Notes under the pieces: generated by a model
Told to the model about the DNA's origin: nothing
Seen by the model: the letters and a program-made list of their open reading frames with translations, nothing else
Databases searched by the model: none
Translations under genes and position numbers: made by a program
Part shown: piece by piece, positions 11,195-24,992 of the stretch
How the letters are laid out: each line of letters starts with the position of its first letter
Numbering within the stretch: the first letter of the stretch is position 1
Assembly: GCF_006345805.1 (NCBI RefSeq)
Contig: NC_043000.1
Location: forward strand, 95,046,001 to 95,110,000
Reading direction: 5' to 3'
From: Octopus sinensis
Taxonomy: Eukaryota
Length of the DNA: 64,000 nucleotides

Positions 11195-13282
11195 TCTATT
11201 TTTAATTATTATAAATCTTCCACTGATGAGGGAGCCAGTTTGCAACAAAAATACAAGGTTGAATCTGTAGTTAACTCAGGCAAATTCACATTTGGAACAT
11301 GAGAAAAGTCTTGCATATTTTTACTGTTCCACTCTCAGATTGGATTATAATGAACGAACCAGCCGGTCAGTTTCCCTTTCTGAAAATCTCAGTTTATCCA
11401 GATTCTCTTTTAAGCATTTTCTAACAAAACCTAGCGCTCCAATAATTATTGGTATGAATATGAACTCATAGTCTGGAGGTTTCGAAGCAGTTGTCTATAG
11501 ATATCCTCTCTTTCTTTGATTTTCAAAGGGATATCTATAACTGCAGGGCAGATGACCTCTATGATAGTATATACATTTGTTCCTCTGTCTCAAACAACAA
11601 TATCCGGCCTGTTATGTTTACATTTGACAGAAGTTTTGATGCGAATATTCCACCATTATTCCTTGAGTTGGTGTTTATTCCATAACAGGAATTTTCTAAG
11701 TTTATTTCACGACAGTCGTTTTTTCGGATGGCATTATATATTGTTTTAGCGACAAAACCGTGCAGTATAGGGAGGTAGTACCGTGACGACATTTTAGGAC
11801 AGCTGCTAATCACATGCGTGATGTCTTCCACAGGAACATGACATGCGCCTACACATGCGGTTGCACCTTGGGATTACAAACGCTTCACTATCTCTCTTGT
11901 TCACCAGACTCTTTGTTGTAGTCTCCTGTTCCTGGATTGTAAACGCATAACCCTCAAAGTGTGATGTTATGTAATAGTCTTGTGTCCAAGAGAGGCTGCG
12001 CCTCGTGTCAATTCTACAGTCTTCTTCAAGCTTCCGGGCAACATACCCATGCATGGTCTTTTTTTATTGTATGCTGAGTGCTTTCCATCCAGGTCTTCTT
12101 TAAGGTAAGAGAGCCCAGCTGTTTTGGAGCTGTATAGGAGATCATCAGGTAGAGAGTGCTTCTCGAGGAGCTCACTGCCAACTTGTACAATGTTGCTAAT
12201 TTCGCTTTTCAGCACTGCATTTATATATTTATTGTTGCTACTGTTATTTAGAAGGTACTGCCAGAGTGATACCATACGGCCTTCAAAGGCTGTTTGCACT
12301 GATCTCAGGTCACTACCACGTTCATTTCTTTGGTAGAAACTGTCAACATCACTGTTTCTGTGGAAGTCCCCAGTTGTTGTCAGGATTTTGCGGATTTTGA
12401 TATCTATGGAGTGAATTTCCTCTACAGACCAATCAAGTATCCCAAATGTTGGGATCAACACTGTTACTGCAAATGCATTGCGGGATATTTTGTCGTAAGA
12501 TGAGAGTTCAGACTGCCATGTTTTCCTAAGCCTGGTGTAATATTCTCGAGTCACTCTAACTTTATTCATAGTGCCTTCATATGATACATATTCGTCGGTG
12601 CCTAGGTACTTGTAACATTATTTGTGTGAAGTGAGGGAGATAGAGAACCACTGACGCACAGGTTTTGGGTTTGGATGACTGATTTTCTTCGTTCTATAAC
12701 CAAATATGAACAATTCTTTTGGCTAAATTCCTTGCTTATTTCAACTGAAAATGTTGTTACTAATTTCAGTTGGGTTTTTTTTATATTGTTAACACATTTA
12801 GCATAAATCATTAGATCGTCTACAAAGAAATTACGAGTTACATTTATATTTCTAGCAGTTGAAGATCCTAGCATGTAATCATTTGTTTTCTGCGATAGGA
12901 ACGATAATAGATTTAGTGACAAAAGAAAAAGAACTACAGAACGACTATCTCCCTGGAATATTCCCTTTGTAATGCCTATACTATTGGAAACAATTATTCT
13001 GTTCTCAGTTGTAAGAGTAAGAATATTCGACCATGTCTTTGTGAGTCTCTCTATAGCAACAATGAGGGATAGAGTCGAATGACTTCTTATAGTCAAGACA
13101 TACTGTCACAAAGTTTTCTTACTTCAGACAGTGCAACTTTGTTTATCAAAGGTTGTTCGCCACAACCCCACACTCCTTCTTTCCACCAGCCTTTTCATCA
13201 GTCACAATGTTGTTCAACTCACAATGGTCCTTGAGGAATTGGTTGAGGCAACTTGTGTACAGTTTGTACATAATGTTTAGGC
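11195..13282 (-). mobile_element. 5'-truncated, degenerate R4/Dong-like non-LTR retrotransposon (RT, CCHC knuckle, REL endonuclease)
   Basis: CLNIMYKLYTSCL..AGGK; GIFQGDS; FFVDDL; FGILDWS..EI..ID.K.RK; EGYAFTIQEQ; CRRM..EDITHVISSC; IPIIIGALG. Confidence 0.9.
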
Positions 13283-13361
13283 ATATGCATGAATGTATGT
13301 ATGTATACATATGTATGCATGTATGTATGTATACAGAGATGCATATACATATATACACACA

Positions 13362-13444
<83 letters not shown>

Positions 13445-13445
<1 letters not shown>

Positions 13446-13732
13446 GAGGCGCAATGACCTAGTGGTTAAGGCAGCGGACTCGCGATCGTAGGATCGCGGT
13501 TTCGATTCCCACACCGGGCATTGTGAGTGTTTATTTAGCGAAAACACCTAAAGCTCCACAAGGCTCCGGCAGGGGGTAGTGGCGATCCCTGCTGTACTCT
13601 TTCGCCGCAACTTTCTCTCGAATGTTTCTTCTGTTGGCCTGCTCGCTTAGCCAGCGGGATGGTGTCATTTGAAGGCTAAAAAACAATGCTAAGTGCATTA
13701 TGACCAGCGATGTGTAGCAACATATCCTGGTC

Positions 13733-13735
<3 letters not shown>
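13445..13735 (+). mobile_element. tRNA-Arg-like SINE family C (resembles octopus OR-type SINEs)
   Basis: GGAGGCGCAATGACCTAGTGGTTAAGGCAGCGGACTCGCG (TCG anticodon loop), GGTTTCGATTCCC B box. Confidence 0.8.
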
Positions 13736-13796
<61 letters not shown>

Positions 13797-13931
13797 AGAT
13801 GTACTCGCATAGCAAGTGATTTGATCGGAGATCGTGTGCTGAAACGAAAACATTTGCAGCGTGGAAGGTGTTTGTAAGCCATTTAAGAAACACACAAAAG
13901 CCGTTCGATTCACTTCAACATTTAAGTTTAA

Positions 13932-13981
13932 TTTGTCAAAATATTTTCGTCGCTAAAATCCGCGACCTGTTCACTGACAAA
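13932..13981 (-). ncRNA. hammerhead motif, G3-C8 core variant (minus-strand arm)
   Basis: exact reverse complement of 13996-14045. Confidence 0.7.
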
Positions 13982-13995
13982 TATCAGCACGGATT

Positions 13996-14045
13996 TTTGT
14001 CAGTGAACAGGTCGCGGATTTTAGCGACGAAAATATTTTGACAAA
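13996..14045 (+). ncRNA. hammerhead motif, G3-C8 core variant
   Basis: TTTGTCA-GTGAACA-G-GTCGC ggatttta GCGAC-GAAA-ATATT-T-TGACAAA. Confidence 0.7.
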
Positions 14046-14330
14046 TTAAACTTAAATGTTGAAGTGAATCGAACGGCTTTTGTGTGTTTCTTAAATGGCT
14101 TACAAACACCTTCCACGCTGCAATTGTTTATATATATATACTTATATATATATAAGTATATATGTGTATGTATATTCATATAAATATATATACATACACG
14201 CGGACTCACACATATACGCGTATGTCTATGCATAAATAGTGACTTATATGTGTAAAGTGCATGTGAGTATACTTCTATATATACATACACGCACTGGAGC
14301 TAGTTAGAATAGACTGTGCGTGTGTAGGTT

Positions 14331-14371
<41 letters not shown>

Positions 14372-14689
14372 GTGATGTCAGTACCAAATGCCGCGTGGTG
14401 ACGTTAAACCGGGTGGCGAATGAAGCTTCCCCACACACGCACACAAATATCCTGGTCAAGATAAATGCAATCCACAGACCTGTTTCCTCCGTTTTGTTTA
14501 CCCAGATTCCCTCACAAAGTTTGTGTCAGTCCGGTGCTATGGGAATCTTCTGGGAATCGAAACCCGACCGTGTGGTTTGAAAGTGTACTGTCATACATAT
14601 ACTATCATATAGCATTTATGTTTATTTCTACAAGTCTTATATATAACAATAATATCATGAAAGCAGTTATTTCACCGAATTCGATTTTC

Positions 14690-15050
14690 GGTAGTGAGCT
14701 GGCAGAATCGTTAACACACCTGATTAATTGCTTATTTCTTCCGGATTTGCATTTTTATTTCAAATGCCCAATGTGGTCGATTTTGCCTTTCACCCTTTCG
14801 AAGTCAATAAAATAAGTAACAGTTGAGCGCTGGCGTCGATTTAATTGACTAACCACTTTTCCTTCCATATTTCAGGCCATGTGCTGTATTTCATACGTCT
14901 TAACGTTCTGAGTTCAAATTCCGCAGAGGTTGACTTTGCCTTCCATCATTTCGGGGTCAATAAATTAAGTATCAGTGAAACACTGGGTTCGATGTGATCG
15001 ACTAGTCCTCTCCCGTCAAATTGCAGGCCTTGTGCCCATAGTAGAAAGGA
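14690..15050 (+). mobile_element. SINE family B, diverged dimer
   Basis: GAGCTGGCAGAATCGTTA head; two Meta-like modules. Confidence 0.75.
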
Positions 15051-15062
15051 TTATTATTATTA

Positions 15063-15098
<36 letters not shown>

Positions 15099-15156
15099 TA
15101 TTATTATTATTTTATTATTATTATTATTATTATTATTATCATCATCATCATCATCA

Positions 15157-15187
<31 letters not shown>

Positions 15188-15207
15188 TATAATTTTTATT
15201 ATTATTA

Positions 15208-15242
<35 letters not shown>

Positions 15243-15257
15243 TATTATTATTATCAC

Positions 15258-15290
<33 letters not shown>

Positions 15291-15317
<27 letters not shown>

Positions 15318-15905
15318 CATTATTTTGTTGTGTACCACGGAACTGAAAAACCTAATATCTGATAAATAGAACTCCAAGTACTTCTTTCCCCACTGAAAAT
15401 GCCTTTTGATATAAAATCTTTGAAATAACTCTTATTTTGAGAGCCTTTCCAAAACAGTAAGGCGCACACGTATACATACATATGCATATATACATACACA
15501 ACCACATAGTCAATCATAGACTCACAGACATATATACATGCACACACACACATGCATATATATATATATATGCATATATATATATATATATATGCATATT
15601 ATATATATATATATGCATATATATATATATATATATATATGCATGTGTGTGTGTGCATGTATATATGTCTGTGAGTCTATGATTGACTATGTGGTTGTGT
15701 ATGTATATATGCATATGTATGTATACGTGTGCGCCTTACTGTTTTGGAAAGGCTCTCAAAATAAGAGTTATTTCAAAGATTTTATATCGAAAGGCATTTT
15801 CAGTGGGGAAAGAAGTACTTGGAGTTCTATTTATCAGATATTAGGTTTTTCAGTTCCGTGGTACACAACAAAATAATGATAATAATAATAATAATAATAA
15901 TAATA
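15291..15905. repeat. near-perfect ~615-bp palindrome
   Basis: arms centred at about 15598 in (TA)n; one visible mismatch in the non-repetitive part (gccttttgat vs atcgaaaggc). Confidence 0.95.
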
Positions 15906-15922
15906 TATACATATATACATAC

Positions 15923-15975
<53 letters not shown>

Positions 15976-16064
15976 GTATGTATATATGTATATGTATGTG
16001 TTGGGTGTTTGTATGTGCACATATATAATATAAATATACATATATATTTTATATAAATATACAT

Positions 16065-16460
16065 AGGCGGAGGAGTGGCTGTGTGGTAAGTAGCTTGCTT
16101 TCGAACCACATGGTTCCGGGTTCAGTCCCACTGTGGCAAATGTCTTCTTCTATGACCTCGGGCTGACCAAACCCTTGTGAGTGGATTTGGTAGACGGAAA
16201 CTGAAAGAAGCCCGTCGTATGTATATATATATATATATGTGTGTGTGTGTATGTTTGCGTGTCTGTGTTTGTCACCCCAACATCGCTTGACAACCGACGC
16301 TAGTGTGTTTACATCCCCCGTAACTTAGCGGTTCGGCAAAAGAGACCGATAGAATAAGTACTAGGCTTACAAAGAATAAGTCGTGGGGTCCATTTGTTCG
16401 ACTAAAGGCGGTGCTCCAGCATGTCCACAGTCAAATAACTGAAACAAGTAAAAGAGTAAA
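16065..16460 (+). mobile_element. SINE family A, full length, young-looking
   Basis: GGCGGAGGAGTGGCTGTGTGGTAAG...GGTTCAGTCCC...ACTGAAACAAGTAAAAGAGT. Confidence 0.9.
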
Positions 16461-17309
16461 ATAGTATATTATATATACATACATGCGTGTGCGGGTGTGT
16501 GTGTGAAAATAAAGATATTCCTGTTTATGTTATATGTATGTATGCTGTATCCATATATGTGTGTCTATGTATATATTTCTGTATACAAATTCATAGGCAC
16601 ACACGCACAGGCACACACACAGACATACACACACACATACACGTACGCACACACCTACACGGTCAGAGCAACAAGAAATTTCCCATCTGCTCGCCACTGA
16701 TTTGTATGTAGTCTTCTTATTTTGCGGGGGATATCCCAGATGTAAGTAGAGACACTCGAGTTTTCTTTTAGATCAGCGACAGCATAAATTGAACCGCTTC
16801 AAACTGATTATTAATTAAATGGAATATGTAGGTAAGAGTAATGTAAGGTGTGAAATACAACGACTAAAACAGATGTAGATATACCAATAAATAAATTTAA
16901 AGGTATTTTCATATATAACAGGTTTTCGTCTCTTCATATTATATACGCTTGTTTCTGGAATATTGTTAGCGATCGTTTGCGTTTTTTGATTTTGTTTGTT
17001 GTTCTTGCTTTCGTGTTTTTCTTTTCTTTTTCTTTTTTTTCACTCATCTTTGGACGTCGTCGACAAATGCCATCATGCAGTCCATAGAACTACTGCTGTC
17101 TCTTTTACTGCCACAGATTCTACTGCTGCTGCTGCTGCCGTTGCTGCTGTTACCGCTGCAGTTGCCGCCGCTGCTGCTTCTCTAACTTCGACTTGCGCTA
17201 TTATAGTAAGAATCGTTTCGCCGTTCAATCGCCTCCACCACCATCACTAACGCCGTTGCCATTTTCATTACCACCATCACCACTACTACTACTACGCTTA
17301 CTACTACTA

Positions 17310-17354
<45 letters not shown>

Positions 17355-18933
17355 ACATCATCGTATTGATTTTAATCCCAAAAATTCCAGTGACTGATAT
17401 CGTTACAACGACAACCACCACCGCCTCCATAACAAACACCAACTCCACAACCACTACCAACTTCGCTAGGTACTTCTTTCCTTTATAAATGTAAATCAGT
17501 GATTCTGTGACCGGTAATATCTAAAAAGGAAAGAAAAATTAATAATAAATAATAATATAAATAATATTGAAGAATATAGAATGATAAGATAAAGCTTGAA
17601 ATAAGACACAATGTCCCGTAGGTAAAATTGATGAATAGAATGATATATTGGTTTCGGTAGATAGGTATAGATAAATAGATAACGAAAAGAGATTTAGTGG
17701 AAAGGAAGAGTTTGGTTCTGTGACAGACGGTACTTAACAGCTTTTCTCGCTGTTGCTTTCACAAAACAAGCAAACATTTTGGAACTTCTTAACTCCAACA
17801 AAACTACTTTTTTTTTGCGAGGAATAAAACACAAAAGTGACTTCAAGGGAAAAGGTTTAAAAAAAAGTATTTATTATTATTATCGTCTTTCTTGAGCAAC
17901 AGCAACAACAAAAATTACAGAAATAGGAATAGCCTAAGAATGCAGGTAAGATTTTAAAAATTTCCTATTTTCACTTCAAGTACTTGGTTATTTTTTATAA
18001 ATATTTAAATATTTACTTTCTGGCATGAGAGAAAAAAGATAAGAACTGCTATTATTATCACCATAAAAGGTATTGATTATTATTATTATTGTTGTTTTCA
18101 GTGAAGTTGTTATCGTCAATGTTGTATGGTGGGTGTTTGTTTTTTTCATGGTTTAGTCGAAGGTAGGAAGTGTGACATGACACTTCCAGGTCCCCGCAAG
18201 ACTGGGGGAGTGTGAGGGGTGGGTGAAATACTAACACTTCGGTTATTACAGTATGATGCACCTTTGGGAAATATCGGGTAATCCTTAGGCGGGAAATCTG
18301 GGCAAAACACATATAACAGTGTGGACTATACTAAAGACTATCGAACGAGGCCGAGCCACGAATAAGGAGCCGAAAAACAAAACAGTTCGAAAGGTTTTCA
18401 AATAGCCTCAGTTGACATAATTTTACTGACCAGATACTGTGCAGCAGAATCGAACCGAGAGCCACTTAACTGCGAAGCAGACTTCTGAATCGTTTACCCA
18501 TTTGTCTGTCACAGCTGTTATTGCTTTGATAATTACTGTAGTTGCTTTTGTGGGCGGGCGGGGAGGCGGTGATTTGATGAGTTATAAGAAAAATGGTACA
18601 TGGAATATTGTTTGTCGGACGTGTAAATGATTGATGTGAATGTGTGGCATTCATACCTTTCCGAAATGCGTAACATACTTAGATAAAGGAAAGTGAAAGT
18701 ATGCTATTACAATCCTAACAAAATGTGCTGGTCACTATACTTACATGTGTGAGATGGTACCGGTGGATTGTGTGGTCATGTGGTTACTTGATAATGTGCG
18801 GTTATGTGTGTATGTACATAGCAAATATATTTCATTATGCATGAAGCCAAAGCCATTCTGAACAATTTCTATATAATTATGCGTGTTTCTGCATGCATAT
18901 AATATCATAGAGCTTCTATATGTGCATATATAC

Positions 18934-19001
<68 letters not shown>

Positions 19002-19097
19002 TATATTATATTATATTATATTATATTATATTTATATACTCAACCACACACACACAGAAGCGAATATATGTATCCGTGTGTATATATGTGTATATAC

Positions 19098-19128
<31 letters not shown>

Positions 19129-19317
19129 TGCATAAATATATGCATATATATATTCATATATACATAGATATATATACATACACATATACATATATGTACA
19201 CCACACATATATATGCCTGTATATGACAATTCAAATAATGTACAAATGTACATTTACATACTAATACATAAAGATATAATGACACATATATGTAAACATA
19301 AATATATCTATAAGAGC

Positions 19318-19453
<136 letters not shown>

Positions 19454-19690
19454 ATATATATATAATATATATATACGCACAAATACAGAGTCAGTTGGCA
19501 AACTGTCTCAGGGTTTGCTGCTTAAGTTTCTCGGTGAAAGGCTTCTGTAATTCAAAATATTGAAACTGCAAATGTGTGAAATTCAGTTGTAAATAAAGTT
19601 TATAACTTTCTTTTAAGTTCCCTCTTTCGCAATTTATACGCACCAACACCTGTCTAATCTTTTAATGACGAACAGATCATTTAATACAGT

Positions 19691-19990
19691 GGAGGCACAT
19701 GGCCTAGTGGTTAGAGCAGCGGACTCGCGGTCGAGGAATCGCGGGTTCGAAACTCGGACCGGGCATGTGAGTGTTTATGAGCTAAACACCTAAGCTCCAC
19801 GCGGCTCCGGCAGAAGGTAATGGCGAACTTCTGCTGACTCTTTCGCCACAAATTTCTTTCACTCTTTCTTCCTGCATCTTGCATTTCACCTGCAACGGAC
19901 CGGCGTCCCGTCCAGGCGGGGAACCTATACGCCAAAGAAACCGGGAAACCGGCCCTTATGAGCCAGGCGTGGCTCGAGAAGGAACAAACA
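19691..19990 (+). mobile_element. SINE family C head with alternative tail (duplicate at about 31191-31500)
   Basis: GGAGGCACATGGCCTAGTGGTTAGAGCAGCGGACTCGCGG head; tail GGACCGGCGTCCCGTCCAGGCGGGG..GAAACCGGGAAACCGG. Confidence 0.85.
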
Positions 19991-20216
19991 TCTAATACAC
20001 ATACAGACGTATGTAAATACATACATATATATACGTATGTATGTATGTATACGTGAATGCATAAAAGTATTAGTATATGTTAATATGTGGAAATCTACAA
20101 GTATATTTGTATAGATGGATAGATAATGTTTATTTTTATGTCAAATTACATACAAAAGTAATTTCACATTAAACAGAGAGACGACTCAATACTTTTTGGT
20201 AAAGTACATTTTTATT

Positions 20217-20342
20217 AAACTTTTACAAGAATTGAGGTGAAGAAATATCGAAGTTTCAATCGAAATTTCCTCAGATCCTCTGACGAACGCTGGCAAGCCG
20301 AAACTACGAAGTCAATGTCACAATTCATCTTGTAAAAGTTTT
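20217..20342. repeat. old inverted pair of hammerhead-like termini (duplicate at 31730-31854)
   Basis: both arms read CTGA(C/G)GA..GAAACT.CGA..TCAC..AATTC..TTGTAAAAGTTT outward from a 5-nt centre. Confidence 0.6.
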
Positions 20343-20829
20343 ACATGTATATGTGTGCATAGAGAGACAGACAGACAGGAAGACAGGATGAGAGACGGAG
20401 ATAGATGCGGAGATATAGTTAAATAAGGAGGAGGAGGAGGAGGAGGAGGAGGAGGGAGAGTACTGCATACATAGGAGCATACTTGGCTGAAAGGTTATGC
20501 AAGAAACTTAGTGACCAAGGGTTTCATGTATGGCAGTTATATAGTCTTTTGTATAGAGTTCGTTTTCGCGCGTGTGTTCCAGCAAATCCGTTCAGGCTAA
20601 ATACTTGAGTCTTGCACACGCACACATACGCACACAAACACACACACAAGCACACACATACGCACACAAACACACACACAAACACACACATATATGTATA
20701 CATACATGTATATATATACGCATACACATATAAAATATACACGCATTCGTAACTTCACAGATACACACACACGCACACACACACACATACATACACACAC
20801 ACACACACACGAGAGTCGGAGGAAAACTT

Positions 20830-22125
20830 AATAGGCTGACAACGATATTCTCATAAAAAGTGATCAAATGATGGGGCCAAATAAGGAGAAAAAGGATGTT
20901 GATCAACCAGTTCAAAAACACAGTCACACACAGCAGCCATTGAAACCAAGGACGTGTTTCCTGAAGCATTGTTCTGTTAGAACAAGGCTCCTTTCGACAG
21001 TTTTCCTGAGCGTTTAGTGTTGATAGCCTTTTGTAACTGCCTCAGCAAGTTGGTATAGTACTTTTGAAAAGAGAATATAAACACAATGCCTTTTGCATCC
21101 CATAAAACTGAAGCTACCACCTTCCTTACAGAATAAACGACCTTGCCTCTCTTATGCAGTAGTTGAGGAGGGGATGTTGCCACTGCATGAATTGTCTCTT
21201 TGTCTGTGGATCAAAGTGAAGAAGCCAACACTCATCTCGGATTATGAAACGTTCAAGAAAACCAGCTGGATCTACTTCAAACAATATCAAATTTTCCCGT
21301 TATGTGATCAGCCTGGTGATCAAGTGTCAGAAGACATAGTATCAACCGAGCAGAAAATCCGTCATGCCAAGTTCATCTTGCAGAATATTCGAACCTCTCT
21401 CACGGGATATATTAATAGCTTTAGCTATTTGATTTATAGTCAATCGCCAATTTTCAAACTTGGGGAACACAGTCAATGTTTCCTTTGGTGGTGGCAGTTG
21501 TAGGACCTCCAGACTTTGAACGATCTTCAAGACTCTCCTTCTCCTCGTAAGTTCAGCTGCTCACTTTTAAATATATAAAAAATAATAAATGCGCCCTTTT
21601 AAAGTCTAGCCAGACTCATGGGCCCAGTTTCCCGGTTTCAATGGCGTATGTGTTCCCCAGTTGGACGGAACGCCGGTCCATCGCAGCGTTACTGGACTGG
21701 AGCAACGTGAAAGGAAGTGTTTTGCTCAAGAACACAATGCGTCGCCCGGTCCAAGAATCGAAACCACAATCTTACGATCATGATGCTGACACCCTAACCA
21801 CTAAGCCACGCGCCTCCACGCTGCTCACTTTTGCACTGTTAATAAAACTGGAGTGTTATCCTCTAATGTAACAACCGTTCTAGTCAGCACGAATGTCCTT
21901 TGAGGCTAAACCGTTTTTCTGCAAGTACTTAATAATACCATGGTGCCAAACTATGTCCATTTTCAAGAGAAGTCGCTACTAGTTACTTTTTAAGCCTTCT
22001 TTGAACGATCAGATGTCAGTTTATCTGTGAAGAAAAAGACAATGCGGATATCATTAAGATTTGAAATTAATGCATACAAGATTTCACAGCTCTTGTATCA
22101 CTCCTTTATAGTCAGCCTAGGAACT
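20830..22125 (-). mobile_element. degenerate mariner transposon interrupted by a SINE (duplicate at about 32320-33625)
   Basis: KVVASVLWDAKGIVFI, YYTNLLRQLQKAINTKR, RLTINQIAKAINISRER. Confidence 0.85.
21585..21818 (-). mobile_element. SINE family D nested in the mariner
   Basis: reverse complement of GGAGGCGCGTGGCTTAGTGGTTAGGG head and TTCTTGAGCAAAACACTT body. Confidence 0.8.
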
Positions 22126-22155
22126 TAGTGTATGCGTGTGTGTGTGTGTGTGTGT

Positions 22156-22199
<44 letters not shown>

Positions 22200-22605
22200 G
22201 TGTGTGTGTGTGTGTGTGTGAATGTGTGTAGAACTTGGATCTTCCGATCGAGCGAGAGAAACTTGATCACAATTCCTACCAGAAGTGTTTCTTTGGTAAC
22301 AGCATTAGATGTGATCTTAAAGTGCGTTGATCCAGAACTAATAATTCTGTTCAACATTCTAATAGTATTACCAGCCCACTGCTTTCACCTGCATTTGAAC
22401 CTAGATATGCAGGAAGTCGACACGGATACCACGATACATTTTTTTCTATCCATCTTGCGACTGTCAATTCGCCCACACTTAGACACACGGACAAACTCAC
22501 GCACACACACACACACACACACATGCATACACACGCATGTATCCCTACTATTCGACCGGCCTACCTGTATTTTATATAGTGTATTTACGTGCGTGTTTAC
22601 ATAAA

Positions 22606-22634
<29 letters not shown>

Positions 22635-22636
<2 letters not shown>

Positions 22637-22830
22637 GACCGCGTGTGTCGTTGGCGATTTTCTTTCTCCGGTTTCAACTTCCTTCGACCTTTCCTTCTTC
22701 TATCTTCCTGACAAAGAGCTCCACTAGAAACATTAAATCGTCCTTCTTTCTTTCCTTTCTTGAGCGTCCAATAACACTATACTTGTTCCACGTCCACGCG
22801 TTGTTGTGTTTTCATGTTTGGATTAACTAT
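22635..22830 (+). mobile_element. Penelope-like terminal fragment with decayed hammerhead (22705-22737; duplicate at about 34130-34325)
   Basis: CTGACAA-A-GAGC tcc ACTA-GAAA-CATT-AAA; same family as 40885-41090; in (TA)n. Confidence 0.55.
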
Positions 22831-22842
22831 ATATATACATAT

Positions 22843-22924
<82 letters not shown>

Positions 22925-23016
22925 CTATATATATATGCACACATACATGCACACCACACACACACATACACACACACACACACACATACACACACAACAC
23001 ACACACACACACACGC

Positions 23017-23048
<32 letters not shown>

Positions 23049-23811
23049 AATATTCATATATATATATATATATCTTAAAGCTAAATAGGCAAGGCTAAGA
23101 TATTTATGTGTGTAGGCATGTGTATGCGTGCGCGTATGTGAATACATATATATGTAATGTGCTGCTTGTATGCATGTAAAGCATGTTTAATTGCTTTTCT
23201 CTCAAACATCTCATACTAAAAACACGACTTTGTTCGACTTCAAACTTATCTTCATAAATATCTCACTTTCTTGTCTATCTCCTACAGTGTGCGTGTGCGT
23301 GTGTGGTTTATTAGTAACGTTCATTAATTAATTACATTAACTTCCCGAGCTCTTTGCAGCCGCATCTTCAGAATACGTCGAGTTGGTGACAAGTAGTTGC
23401 CATCTACCTCTTGTATCGTGAGGAAACGTGAGACGGAAAATGTCAATGTACATAAGAACGTCATTGTTACGAACTAAACGCACAGAAACATTAAGAGAAT
23501 AGGATAAAAATCAAAAATTAAAAACAGTAGATTACAACACAAGAATGCCTTCTCCCTAACACACACACACACATACACACACGCGCGCGTGCACTCAAAC
23601 ATAAGCACTAAGAGGTATATATGTGCTTTTTTTCTTACGTGACATGTGTATTTATGCATTCATATATGTACATATATATAGGGAGAGACATTTATATAGA
23701 CGTATAAAAATACAATAAATATATATTGTGTGTATATATATATATATATCTATATATATATATATATATATTGTTTGTGTATGTGTGTGTAATAAATATT
23801 GTTTGTATATG

Positions 23812-23848
<37 letters not shown>

Positions 23849-23912
23849 ACAATATATATTGTATATATATATATAAATAAATATTCATATATATATATAT
23901 AAATATTCATAT

Positions 23913-23957
<45 letters not shown>

Positions 23958-24675
23958 ATGTGTGCGTTTGTGTGTGGTGTGTGGTATGTGTGTGTTCTAG
24001 TCTGCGTGCGCGCGTGTGTGTATGTAATCAATATTTTATAGCGTCTGCGCTGGAGAACTGGCAGAACCATTAGAGGTCAGTGGATATGATTTAAGATTTT
24101 GAAATAGTTGATGAAACAGTTCAAATCTTCAGAATGTCAGCCATGTCTTTCCTACTGATGAGGTCGATTAATAAAAAATACTGGGGCCGTTTTAACCAGC
24201 TAACAACACCTTCCCATATTTCAGGCTCTGAATTTCTTTTAATAACAATCATTTTATACTGCTTTCTTAGAATTGAGGCCCGTAGAGTAACAAAACAGTA
24301 AGTTCCCAAATTATATAGCTTACGGTTTGTCTTTATCTCACTACGTTTCCCCCTTATACTTTAGTTTGTATCTCATGTTCATCTGTTTTCCTTTCATGTG
24401 CCAGTACCAATACATACCAATTATGAACTGTTATCGATTCAACAAGCTATTTGTAATGCATCGAGGAAAAGTGTGCATTACGAATTGTGTTTGACATTTT
24501 TTTAGGTTCAGTTGGAGTTATCTGTGTAAAATAAATGTTTTATATTCCGGAGAATGAAAAATATATATCTTTTCAGTTGAAAAGTATGTTGCTCTTCTGA
24601 AGAAAAGATATCTGCGGGTACTGAGACACACGCAATTACCTATATTAACAGAATGATAACCAAACACATTATACA

Positions 24676-24726
<51 letters not shown>

Positions 24727-24845
24727 ATATATATGCATACATAAATTATGCTAATCAATTTAATCCTGGGTAGTAGCGTTCCGCTCCTGAAATTTGCATC
24801 CACCAATATACGTATATATTCAATTGTTTTGTATGTATATACATA

Positions 24846-24906
<61 letters not shown>

Positions 24907-24917
24907 GCCAGACAGAT

Positions 24918-24992
<75 letters not shown>

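Larger units (their letters stand above)
13848..14129. repeat. near-perfect palindrome (134-bp arms, 14-nt spacer) of a Penelope-like terminus
   Basis: 13848-13981 is the reverse complement of 13996-14129 with one mismatch; left arm has an extra tail to about 13794; flanked by (TA)n. Confidence 0.95.

Noticed and set aside
11223-11290. CTGATGAG near the LINE 3' UTR
   Set aside because: No matching stem II-GAAA found
16996-17460. Poly-Ala/His/Ser ORFs resembling a transcription factor exon
   Set aside because: Mixed trinucleotide repeats; no domain or convincing splice context
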